Part shown: one piece after another, positions 14,781 to 26,253 of the stretch
How the letters are laid out: each line of letters opens with the position of its first letter
Position numbering within the stretch: the stretch's first letter is position 1
Source: Trichechus inunguis
Taxonomy: Eukaryota
DNA length: 64,000 nt
Reading direction: 5' to 3'
NCBI GenBank assembly: GCA_046562895.1
Contig: CM102171.1
Location: 24,279,509 to 24,343,508 of the forward strand
The notes under the pieces: model-generated
Databases searched by the model: none
Told to the model about the DNA's origin: nothing
What the model saw: only the letters and a program-made list of their open reading frames with translations
Program-made: the position numbers and the translations under genes

Positions 14781-15005
14781 TTGAGCCTGGACAGTTGGCC
14801 ACACTTGGTGGGGAGGGGCGGTTGGAGAGGTAGATTTGTACTCACAGATTGGGAAATTAAAGCCAGGTGGATGAGAGGTGAACTCAGTCAGCACCTGCTC
14901 CCTCCCGCCTCAGGTCCTGTCACCCTTCCTAGTCTCACCCCAGTGCCGCCAGCTGGCATAGAGGCAGAAATTCTTGAGCTCTGAATGAGCAGCCCTGCCT
15001 TCTGC
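14781..15005 (+). promoter_or_regulatory. GC-rich segment with a GC-box (ggggaggggcgg). Speculative candidate MVP promoter and non-coding first exon, with a possible donor ctcag|gtcctg at 14913/14914.
   Basis: A cluster of CpGs and an Sp1-like GC box about 400 bp downstream of the PAGR1 poly(A) signal. In human, MVP starts immediately after PAGR1. I recognise no exon sequence. Confidence 0.2.
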
Positions 15006-15062
15006 TGCCGCGGAAGCAGCTCTGGGGAGAACCAGCCGCAAACAAACAAGCAAACAAAAACC

Positions 15063-15216
15063 AAACTCACTGCCGTCTAGTCGATTTCCACTCACAGGGA
15101 CTCTGAGGGGCAGAGCAGAACCCCCCAAAGGGTTTCCAAGGACCAGCTGTCGGATTCGAACTACCGACGTTTTAGTTAGCAGCCATAGCTCTGAACAACT
15201 GCACCAACAGGGCTCT
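15063..15216 (-). mobile_element. AfroSINE (reverse orientation)
   Basis: Reverse complement of the AfroSINE consensus (...cactgccgtctagtcgatttccactcacagggactct...gaactaccgacgttttagttagcagccatagctctgaacaactgcaccaacagggctc). Confidence 0.8.
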
Positions 15217-16976
15217 GGTCCAGCTGCAAGGGCCCTTTAAGTGGCCAAGCCCCACCCCTAGGCCTCGCCCTGCCCTTGCTGGGAAGCGATGCCTGGCTGA
15301 GTGAGGGAGTTTCCCGATCTGATCAGAGCGAGGAATTGCTCAGCTGCCCCTCTGAAAGTGAGTACTTCTTACTGACCCCCAAACCCCAAACCAGTGGTGG
15401 GACTCTGTGCCCCTCAAGAATCTCTCTAGGCCACCCTGCTTTATAGGGCCATGCTTCTGCTGGGGCAGGCAAGACCTTACTGAACCAGAGGAGGAAGAAG
15501 CTGGGAGGAGGCTTTGCCTCATGAGGTTTTGCTCTCCTCATTGGAGGTTTTTCTGGGTTTTAAAACAAAGGTAGATCAACTCATCAGCTCATAACCCCGA
15601 AAATCTGTGACCTGGGCCCTGACCTGTCCCCTTGAGCCCCTAGAATGTGGCTTGTCCCCATCGAGACCCCTCATCTCTGCGGAACGGGAGCTTTCTCCTG
15701 CTGCCCCAGTCGGGGCTATGCCAACTGTGGGCCTTGGCAGATCAGCTGAGAAGTCATTAGCAGGGTGATCTTAACGTAGGCTTGATTTCCAGAGGGCTTG
15801 GGGTTTGGTGAGAAGGCTCTTTTCTTTCCCCTCAGGAGGGGGAAGTGAAGTATGCTGTAGTATTGCATAAAAACCAGGAGGCTCAGTTGGACCCACAAGC
15901 CTGAGGTTCTGGTGATCTTAGAGCTGGCACTTGGATGTGAAGCACTTGATGGGGGATCTTGTTAAGGCAGATGTCCTCTGTGTTCTCTGCTGCCTGCCTG
16001 GGTGGACCCCTGGGTTATGAAGAAAAGGCTAGCTGTCAGGTGAGGTGGCAGGTGGCTCTCCTGTAAACTGCCTGTTTCCACCCTTGGACACAGGGTGCCT
16101 GGCCTGGCCTGGGGCTATTTGGGCAAGGCAGCTCTCTATAGCCATGAGCAGGTAGGGCAGCCACCCTGAGTTGAGGGCCCCAAGCTAATTCTGGGTACTT
16201 GCACCTCCTTGTTGGGTGCAGCTCCTCCTGGGTTTGAGGGAGCAGGATCTGGGCACTGGTCCAGATTGCAGAAGGCCTTCCCCTTTGAACTACCATTGGC
16301 ACTATTGCCTGGGGGTGTGCCCAGCCTCACCCAGGTTGTTAAGCCTTTGTTCTAGACTTAATCCATTGGTGACGCAATTATTTTCTGCTTTGAATTTTTT
16401 GTTGATACCATGTGTTTTCATTAATGGAAGCATGCTGAATCATTGAGTGGGTCTGAATTTTTCATAGGTGGTATGGATTTTTTTTTTCTTGCCCACTCGC
16501 ACAAGACTACCCTGTGTTTAGTGGTACACATGAAGTACCACTAATTATACCCCAGAGTCCCCACCAGGGTCTATTGGTACATATGGTTAACAATGAAAAT
16601 TTTCAAAATTTCTATTTTTCCTATCAAAAATTCAGACACCTCATACGATGCCCTGTAAAAACAGTAATTTGCAGCACATGCCCGTTTCTTTAGTTTCAAA
16701 TAGTCATAAAGGCACCTGCCTTGAGGCAGCCCACCCTATCAGTGGGAAAGCAGCTTCCCAATAAACCCCAGAGGCTGAAAAATTCATGGTCACAGTATGT
16801 ACCGCCTGGCAGGAAAGGGTTAAAGTCTTGTTGATGTTTCTGCTTGAGAAGCTAAACTGCCTCCTGGTTTGGGGACTGTGTGGTTATAATACTCAGGGTG
16901 GCATTCTGGCTCCACCCCTTGATAATTGTGGTCCTGGGCAAGTTCCTTTCTTTCTAGGCTCTGGTAAGGATTAAAG

Positions 16977-17180
16977 GGAGCCCTAGTGGTACAGTGGTTA
17001 AGGGCTTGGCTGCTAACCAAAAGGTTGGCTGTTCGAACCTGCCAGCTGCTCTGCAGGAAAAAGATGTAGCAGTCTGTTTCCATAAAGATTTACAGCCTTG
17101 GAAACTATGGGGCAGTTCTGCTCTGTTTTATAGGGTTGCTATGAGTCGGAATCAGCTTGAGGGCAGTGGGTTTATGGGTA
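16977..17180 (+). mobile_element. AfroSINE
   Basis: gggagccctagtggtacagtggttaagggcttggctgctaaccaaaaggttggctgttcgaacctgccagctgc...gttgctatgagtcggaatcagcttgagggcagtggg. Confidence 0.8.
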
Positions 17181-19481
17181 TGAGGATTAAATGAGTTGAT
17201 TAAAGGCGCATAACATAATGCCTGGCACAGATTAATTTCTTAATAAGTGGTAGCTGTTATTTGGGGACACTTGGCAAAAATGTAAGTTTCAGAGTCCAGT
17301 GGGTCTGGGAAGAGGCCTGGGAATCAGCATGAACAGGATTAACAATCCCAGCTGCATCCTGTGATTGAAGGGGTTTGAAATCACTGATCTAGGGTTCTGA
17401 AACTGGGCTCCTGGGTCATTTCTCATCTGGCGGTCCTCCAACTACAGTGGTTGGCACTAGTTGCTGGCATCTGGGCAGAGGGATGAGCAGAGTCCTTGGC
17501 TGGCAGAGCTGCCCGCACCCCCCCCTCCCGCACCACTACCACGTGGGGCCCACCAAGCTGCTCTTGCTCCCACAAGGTGGTCCAGTTGGGCTGGAGCTCG
17601 GATAAGATTTTCTTACGAAGAAACATTCCTAAAACTTGGCTGCTAAAAACAGTGATTCACATGAGGCGTCTTCTCAAGAATTTCCACTAATAGCCCTCTA
17701 AAGCAGATGCCACGGTTTCCCTGCTGAGAGGCTGCCTGGTGAAAATAGCTTTTCTGTACTTCCTGAGTCATGTGACTCACGGTCTTTAAACAAAGACTGT
17801 TTGACTTAAAAATCAGTGAGGGAAAACTCCGCAAAGATGAGCCCCTGTTCATCCTGAACTTCGCGTGCCTTTTCTACGCACTCGGGTTTGGACAGCAGGA
17901 GATAATGCTCCAGATAACCGTAAGGTTGAGGACTCAGTGGTGGCAGGGCTGGGTCAGCGGCCTTACCGCTAACATCATGCCTGCCTGGACCAAGAGCCCA
18001 GGGGCAGGAACAAAGGGCTTATATTGGCCAGGGGACTGCTTGGCCCAGAGTCTCACCAGCACCTGGGATGGGAGAGGGGGCTGGAGGGGAATAAATGAAG
18101 TTCCCAGTGTGTAGTCAGAGCTCATCATTTCCCTTCGCCACTGCTCAGTCAGCCTCTACTGTGTACTCCTCCATTCTCTAATCCTTTCAACTCCAGGAGG
18201 CAGTTACTTTTATTCCCATTTCACAGCTGAGGAGAGTAAGGCTCAGACGCTAGTAAGTGACAGAGCCTGCCAGATTCATATTGCCCCTGCTGGTTCTCAA
18301 CCCTGGCCACATATTGGAGTCAGCATGAGAGCTTTTAAAAATAACACTTGGTTCCCACCTCAAACCAATTAAACCAGAACCACCAGAGGTGGGTGGCTTT
18401 AAAAGATCTCCATGTGGCTCTAATGCAGAGCCAGGGTTGAGAGTAGTTGCATTCAACCAGAGCTGCTGATGGTGCCCAAATCACTGGGAATCTAGTTTCG
18501 GTCAGGGGCTCCACGCTCCAAGGCATGCCTTCGGTGCTTGAGATGGGGAGTTGTCCACAGACCCAGCAGCTGCTTTGATGTGGACTATGGTGAAGCTCTG
18601 AACCCACTCTAGGTAGAGGTTGGCAGCCCCGAAGGGAAAGAAGGCAGAGTAGACCATACCTACGGTCGGAAAGACAGGTGTTTAGTAGGTACCAAGAGGT
18701 TTTAAGTCTTCCCCTCCTACTAGGATCACACTAGTGGCTTTCCCTGGGGTAGTGAGAATAGTGGCTGCTTTAGGCATTTTTTCCTGGCTGAGTGTACCAT
18801 ACATGCTGCCCCAGGGAGGTCACCTTAGGGGTTGTGAGTAAAGTTACCCGTTTTACTGTATGTCAGAAAAGGAGACCCACTTCCATCCCTCGTGGTATAG
18901 CCATTATTCCCTTCCGTGTGAAGTGTGACTGCCGAGGCCCTCCGTGCAGTAGGATGGTGGGCCCCCACGTAAGGTTGATTAGTTCCTTTGCCTCCACGCT
19001 GGTGGGGTGACCCATGACAGGTGTCAATAGGTGTTTCCACTTCCCGGTGCCAGGTCCTGGGGTGTCCAGAGGAACATGCTCCTTTGTTCCAGCAACAACC
19101 TTGGTGGATACACTTCTGGAGTCTGTGATGTTACTCGGATCATTGTTGGAGGGTCACTTGAGGCTCCTAGTCTGACATTTGGGGCTAAAGCCTCAGTGGG
19201 GGCCAAATTTATCAACCTCAAAGCCTCAGGCAGCACCTCGGTCCACCCTGCCAGGGAAGACTTGCCTGTAAAGGGTTCATATTTGTTGTTTCAGGACACC
19301 ATTATTCTTTTCTATCAGGCCCGCGCCTGGGGGTTGTAGGGTAGGTGGTAATGCCTCATTCTCAGCTGCCCAGTCACACATATTGTGACCTGTAAAGTGT
19401 ACCCCTGGTCACTGTTAACCCTTTGGAGTATCCTGTACATAATACTCAATTTTTATAACTCCTTTATCATAGCAGCCTGGT

Positions 19482-19700
19482 TTACATGGGAACGCCTGTC
19501 AAGCCAGTGACAGTGCCCACACAAATGAGAGCATACTTCACTCCTTCACTGGGGGGTAGAGGCTCTATAAAATTTACCTGCTGGTCCATAACTGGCTGTG
19601 TTCCTTTATGTATCTGCCCAGGATTGTGTGGCAGATGCCTTGGGCGTTGGCCTGAGTACATGGGGCAATTTTGCACAGCACCCACCAGATCACTATACTT
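19482..19700 (-). mobile_element. Endogenous-retrovirus pol remnant: integrase catalytic-core fragment (class I/gamma-like). The surrounding ~18.6-21.2 kb is probably part of the same degraded provirus.
   Basis: Minus-strand translation ...HLPHNPGQIHKGTQPVMDQQVNFIEPLPPSEGVKYALICVGTVTGLTGVP matches the retroviral IN motif W(Q)xDFTE(L)PPSxGyKYLLVxVDTfSGW. No LTRs or intact ORFs were recognised. Confidence 0.5.
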
Positions 19701-21237
19701 TACTCCTATGCCTGTCTCTTTGGCTATTTTCTAACCAACATGGGCACTACAGTGTCAGCTTTTCTGGTGAATCTAATGGGCAGCTTCCCCCTCGGGATGC
19801 ACTGTCCTAACTTGTGCTATAGGGTCCGCTTCTCGGTTTTCCAGCAGGGAGGGGGTGAATGTGCTGTTACATGAAAAACAGTTAGGTCAACATCTGGGGT
19901 TTGAAGGTGATCCCACATGTCCTACCACAAGGCTTTTCCCCACAGGACTTTACCCATTATTGTCCACTCTTCTTTATGCCATTGGCTTATCCACATAGTT
20001 AGCCCACACGCCAGTGCCCAACTGTCTGTGCACAGGGTTAAGGGCCAGGGTTCGTGGGTGATGAACATCCACATAGCCCTTAATTCAGCCTATTGACTGT
20101 TTTGCCCTGAGTTGGTTTCAAACCAAATAGTATCAGTGGAAACTTGCACAGCCACCGCCATCCACAGTGGTGGCATACCTCGGCTAGAGCCATCTGTGTA
20201 TGGCTTCAGGCAACACATGGGTCTTACCCAACCAGACAACCCCTACGAATTTTACTGATGCTCTGGACCCCTGCAGGATCAGAAGGATCAGAAGGATCAG
20301 AAGTTCATGGCTAGGCAGAGGGACTTTCTGGACTTCCGGCAGTACTCACCAATTGCTGGGAGGAGGTGGGTCTTTGAAACCACTCGTGATTTCCAAAGAT
20401 AAGGGTGCACTTGGCACCAGAATCAACCAGAGCTAGCACCCGCTGCTTGTTTGTTCTTAACCAGTGTATTATGACCTCTACATGGGGCCTCTGGTCCCCC
20501 TGCAGGGCCCTGACCTGCGGGTAACTTCAGCCCCACCCCTAGTCCCAGCTGCAAGGGGCACTTCCTCGTGCCAGGCAGTAGGACCCAGAGGGCAATACTG
20601 TTGCTTCTGCTTCAGATCCTAGCAAAGACTAACCAATACTGCATTCGGGTGCTTAGGTATCTCCTGCACTGCCACTCCAGCAGCCACTAAGTCCCCCTAC
20701 ATCTGCCTTCCATCTACCTTCGTGTCACTTTCAAGGAGCCTTTGGATGGTCCCCTTGGACAGGAGTCTCGCAGGTTTCTTAGTCTTGGCTCCACTTAAAG
20801 AGATACCTTCTCCCCCATATCCCACAGACATAGTAACAAAACTTCTGGGGTCATCGGGTTCCCAAGTAGCTTTCATCTGAGGAGCGTACTGGGGGGATGC
20901 TTTGCACTGTCAGACTCCTCCTCTATTATCAATTCCACATCCCATTCACTACTGGATCCCTTCTCCCATGGATTTTATACCTTCACATCCCAGTCGCCTC
21001 TCGTCAACACTGCCCTAATCCTTGCCTTTGGCACTTTCCTTCCTGTGTCAGAGGGACCTAGGCTTAATCCTAGTCTTAATTATTTCTGAAAGTGAGAAGA
21101 TCTGGGCAAAGCTGGCAGAGCCGTCAGTCATTCGTGGAGCCACACCTCCATTATACCAAGTGCCAGCAAGGGCTCAGTCCAGTTGCCTGGTAACATGGAG
21201 GCGGGCCCATTTCTTTTAGTTTTCCCCTTACTGTTGT

Positions 21238-21390
21238 GGGGCCCTGGTGGCACAGTGGTTAAGAGCTCAGGCTGTTAACCAAAAGGTCAGCAGTTCGAAT
21301 CCACCAACTGCTCCTTGGAAACCCTATGGGGCAGCTCTGCCCTGTCCTATAGGGTCGCTACGAGTCAGAATCGACTCAACAGCAACGGGG
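21238..21390 (+). mobile_element. AfroSINE
   Basis: ggggccctggtggcacagtggttaagagctcaggctgttaaccaaaaggtcagcagttcgaatccaccaactgctcc...ctacgagtcagaatcgactcaacagcaacgggg. Confidence 0.85.
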
Positions 21391-22479
21391 GGTTTCCTTT
21401 GGTTTTTACTGTTGTAGCTTCAGCTGTGTTGCTGCTTGGTTATCTCGGTGGGGTAGTTATCAGAGAATTCTAGAGAGGGCCTCTAAGGTCTCTTCAAGGC
21501 CACTGAACACAAGCTGTCTTGAAGGGCTTTTTATTCTTTTTTTTTTCTGCTGTTTTAACTCTTGTTTTGTGCCCGTCTTACTGTATGCCAGAAAAGGGTG
21601 TGCTCAGCGCAGGAACCTGCTTAGCTCCTTCAACTGTCTCTGGTCCCATTGTTGGAGGGCTTTGAGCAATGGCTAGGGAATTGTTCCCCTAGCCCCTGAA
21701 TCTCCCATCCTTATAAACCTGCAGGCGAGCATCTCTAATTGCTCATCCTGCTCTCAAACGCAACTCATTGCCACACAGGACTGGTGAACATCTCTTTCTA
21801 ACTGCAACTCTTCCTGCAGGGCTCTTATGCAAGCTTGAGCAGCTAGCTGGGCCTTGGTGGCCAGCCCAACAGCCCAGAGCAGCAGCCATCCCATGGCTGC
21901 TGTCACTCTCCTAGCTTCCTTTCCACACTTACGAAGGCACGCATCTTCCCACAACTGTGCTATGCTGCTTGGCATTTTGGGGGCGTCCCACCACTCGTGG
22001 TAGGCTGCATGCATCAAGCATATGGGCCAGATCTGCCCACATGGAGGTTTCTGGCCAACCCAGGATTTCCCCTGTGGATACCTGACTCCCACTTGCTATT
22101 TTTTTGGTCTCTTGGCTAGCTTGCTAATTGTCCAGGCATGGACCAGTAACTTGAAATTTGACTTCAAAATTGGAGGGTGCTGAGAGACCAAAGAAAGAGG
22201 AAGGCAACTCCACTGTAGCAGCAAAGGAGTTTATATTATTAGGGAGCTTTACATACCGAGGCAGTAGTCCTTGGCGGCAGGAGGACAAGGGCAGATCTCC
22301 ACACACAGCAGTAGAAGGGGGCAGAGGTTTTATAGTGGTCAAGGATAAAGGTGGCCCCAAGCCAGCGAGTTGTATAGGACTGCCTCAGCAAGGTCACATA
22401 ACAGGGGCTTGGAAAACAACAGTGAACAGAAACAGCAGTGAACTCATGGAAAGCATGAGGGCAGCCATGTTCAGCCTTG

Positions 22480-23935
22480 CAAAGCCTGTTTTCCCCTTCA
22501 GATACCAACTGAGATGTTTCAACAAGTGGATGCAGTGCTGGAGGTGCTCACTCTTCTGTGCCAAGAAATTTGGAAAATGGCTACCTGGCCAACTGACTAG
22601 AAGAGATCCATATCTGTGCCTATTCCAAAGAAAGGTGATCCAACATAATGCAGAAATTATTGAACAATATCATTAATATCACACACAAGTAAAATTTGGC
22701 TGAAAATAACTCAAAAGCAGTTGCAGCAGTATATTGACAGGGAACTGTCAGATTTCAAGTGGGTTCAGAAGAGGACATGGAACAAGGGATATTATTGCTG
22801 ATGTAAGATGGAACTTAGCTGAAAGCAGAGAATACCAGAAAGATGTTTATCTGTGTTTTATTGACTATGCAAAGGCATTCCACTGTGTGGATCGTAATAA
22901 ATTACGGATAACATTGCAAAGAATGGGAATTCCAGAACACTTAATTGTGCTCATGAAGAACCTGTACATAGACCAAGAGGCAGTCGTTCAAACAGAACAA
23001 GGAGATACTGATTGGTTTAAAATCATAAAAGGTGTACGTCAGGGTTGTATCCTTTCACCATACTTACTCAATCTATATGCTGAGCAAATAATCCAAGAAG
23101 CTGGACTATATGAAGAAGAATGTGACATCAGGATCAGAGGAAGACTCATTAACAACCTGTGATATGCACATGACATGATCTCGCTTGCTGAAAGCAAAGA
23201 AGACTTGAAGCACTTCCTGATGAAGATCAAAGACTACTGCCTTTAGTATGGATTACACCACAACGTAAGGAAAACAAAAATCTTCACAACTGGACCAATA
23301 AGCAACATCATGACAATCGGAGAAAAGATTGAAGTTGTCAAGGATTTCGTTTTACTTGGATCCACAATCAACACCCATGGAAGCAGCAGTTGAGAAATCA
23401 AAGCATGTATTGCATTGGACAAATCTGCTGCAAAAGACCTCTTCAAAGTGTTAAAAAGCAAAGATGTCACTTTGAGGACTAAGGTGCACCTGACCCAAGC
23501 CATGGCATTTTCAATCGCTTCATATGCATGCTAAAGCTGGACAATGAATAAGAAGACCAAAGGAATATTGATGCCCTTGAATTATGGTGTTGGCAAAGAA
23601 TATTGAATATACCATGGACTGCCAGAAGAGCAAACAAATCTGTCTTGCAAGAAGTACAGCCAGAATGCTCCTTAAGGGAGGATGGTGAGACTTAGTCTTA
23701 CGTACTTTGGACATGTTATCAGGAGGGACCAGTCCCTGGAGAAGGACATCCTGCTTGGTCAAGTAGAGGGTCGGTGAAAGAAAGGAAGACCCTCGATGAG
23801 ATAAACTGACACAGTGACTGCAGCAGTGGGCTCAAGCATAGCAACGATTGTGAGGATGGTGCAGGACTGGGCAATGTTTTGTTCTGTTGTACGTAAGGTC
23901 AGTTTGAGTTAGAACTGACTCGATGGCACCTAACA
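22480..23935 (+). mobile_element. RTE/BovB-type LINE fragment, including the reverse-transcriptase domain and ORF C-terminus
   Basis: ORF 22734-23162 ...YQKDVYLCFIDYAKAFHCVDRNKLRITLQRMGIPEHLIVLMKNLYIDQEAVVQTEQGDTDWFKIIKGVRQGCILSPYLLNLYAEQIIQEAG shows the RT motifs FIDYAKAF and RQGCILSPYLFNLYAE. Downstream frames give ...KTKILTTGPISNIMTIGEKIEVVKDFVLLGSTINTHGSS..., ...RTNKSVLQEVQPECSLRED... and ...RRDQSLEKDILLGQVEGR.KKGRPSMR.TDTVTAAVGSSIATIVRMVQDWAMFCSVVRKV. Confidence 0.75.
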
Positions 23936-24126
23936 ATAACAGGGTGAAGCCAAATGTCTGCAGTTCTATCCAGCTTCCAGGTGGTGCTGATGCTGCTCAT
24001 TGCGGAGCAGACTGAGTAGCAAGGCTTTAGACAGTGCAGTCACTTTGGCATTTGCAATTTAAGATTCACTCTTTCAGCCACTTGGAATTGACCCTGAAGA
24101 TCTCTTTATAGTAATTCAGTCATTCA

Positions 24127-24155
24127 TTATTTATTTATTTATTTATTTATTTATG
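24127..24155. repeat. (TTTA)n microsatellite
   Basis: ttatttatttatttatttatttatttatg. Confidence 0.9.
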
Positions 24156-26058
24156 CTGTAGCACAGATTTACTTTCTGAGCCAAGAGGCTGGTCTCTTGA
24201 CTAGAAGCTGAAATCAGCCTCTGCTTCTTACAGGCTGTTCTGTTCTCACCTTACCCAACCATTACCCCTCCCTTCCTTGTGTGCAGGGGAGACATTGGTC
24301 TCTGCAAGACTTTGGGTGAAAGTTGGCAGTGGTTAGCACTAGTCGAGTAGGGTTCATGCAGGAGCCTCATGACACTTGAAGAAAGTGTGATTGGGCAAGA
24401 GAGTAGAATAGGGGATGGATGTCAGAGGCAAAGACTGAAGGGAGGTCTGGGTAGGTGGGAGGGTGGGTAGATTTTGGGAGTTGGGGCCAAACCCAAGGGC
24501 TGGGTCAGACCTTCCAAATATTAACACAGTTATAACCATTGTCTTTTGAGGGCCTCAATATATTGGAAGTAAAATGATCTGACTGTACACAGTGTCATCT
24601 GGTAAACCACAAAGGTCTAAATCTGAGACTTGTCAGGAACATGCTGGCTGAGTCAAATGGTTTGCCTGGCTCCCCTGAGAGGCCCCCATTGGGCTCACCT
24701 CCATGGAAGGATGGGGTGGCAAGGGTAAGAAGGCAAAACCTGTTCTGGGTGAAGTTGGCAGGTGGACCTACTTCTAGGCATAGTAGGTCAGGTGGGTAGT
24801 GAGGAAGGGAAAACAGGGTCCTGGTACTTCAATAAAGACTTGGCCTTAGAACAAGGCAGGAGCCCAGCCCAGCCCTATCAGCTAAGTGGATGATTCTCAG
24901 CTGAGTCACTGAGCTGGGTGAAGCTCTCAGTCCCCCTGACTGGGCCCAGCTGGGGTGGCAGATGGTGGGGAGGCCTCAGCCCTGGGGGATGTGGGATCAT
25001 CGAACAGGGAGCCAACCAAGGCTATTCCCAGAGCCGGCTCCTAGCCCTCTGTGGCCTTCCAGAATTTAGATCTCCCTTGGGGAGCCTCACAGAGCCTTGT
25101 CTGTACCTCCTCCTGCAGCCCTGGCCCTTCCTCTTCCCCATCTGGTTTCCTGGCCAGGCTCCCACCCCTGTAGAGAACCTGGCAACGGAGCAGCTGGAAA
25201 AGGCTCCGCTTGGCTGTCCGGTGCCCCTGCTTTGCTGTTCTTTTAGCCCCACAGCTGGGACACCACAGACTTGCCACCCTCCCGACAGTAAACAAGTGAG
25301 CGCTAAGGCCGGGATGCCAGGGGGGTAGGGAGCCTCTGGTGCTGTCACTTCCCCTAACTGAATAGGAAAGCTGGGCTTCAGGGGTTATTCCCTGCCTCTG
25401 CAGAAAAAACCTGAGCCAGGCTCTGAAGACTTTATATAGTAAATCTCTTAATCCTTATAACTCTGAGGTAGCTGCCATTATCCATGCCCGTTTTACAGAT
25501 GAGGAGACTGACATACAGGGAGGTCAACTGACTTGTCTCAGATCACACAGCGAATAAGTGTTAGACCCAGGCAGTCCCAGCCCCCGGGGACTCTTGAAAG
25601 TACTCTTTCCAGGACAAGACCCCACACTGGGAACAACTTAGGAGAGTGGGGACAACCTGAGAAGGACAGGGAAATAGGAAGGAAGGAGAGAGAAAGGCCT
25701 GATAACTGGGGGGTGGGGGGGTAGGGGGTCGGGTGGGGAGTGGGGACAGAGTCAGGAGACTAGAAAGGGAGCCCCTGTGTTTTTGCACACTACTGGAAAA
25801 CAACAGAAGAGGGAGCTCTGAAGCTAGAAAAGCCACCCTCCTACAAGTTCGGGGAAACTAACCTCACATCAAAATGAGCCACAGAAAAGTATCAGTATGT
25901 AAGGTGAAGTCCCATACAAAGTTGCAAGATGAAACAAAGAGGAGCAGAATAACAGCCCTCTGGTGTGGAAAGCGTACCAGGAAAGCAGATCAAAACTGTA
26001 ACCTCTTTCAAATGAAGTAAGACATTAAGGAAACAATTTAAAAGGAAAAAAAAAAAAA

Positions 26059-26253
26059 CCGTTGCTGTTGAGTCAATTCTGACTCATAGCGACATTAGAG
26101 GACAGAATAGAACTGCCCCATAGGGTTTTCAAGGCTGTAATAATCTTCACGAAAGCTGATGGCCACAGCTTTCTCCCTCAGAGAGGCTGGTGGGTTCAAA
26201 CCACTGACCTTTTGGCTAGCAGCCGAGCACTTAACCACTGCCCAACCAGGGCT
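26059..26253 (-). mobile_element. AfroSINE (reverse orientation)
   Basis: ccgttgctgttgagtcaattctgactcatagcgacattagaggacagaatagaactgccccatagggttttcaagg...gaccttttggctagcagccgagcacttaaccactgcccaaccagggct. Confidence 0.8.

Noticed and set aside
20281-20307. 3 x 9-bp tandem (gatcagaag)
   Set aside because: Too short to be meaningful, and it lies inside the ERV-derived region.
22158-22676. 172-aa + strand ORF
   Set aside because: The second half is the N-terminal part of the RTE reverse-transcriptase fragment (..WKMATWPTD.KRSIFVPIPKKGD..) read through from upstream junk. It is not an independent gene.
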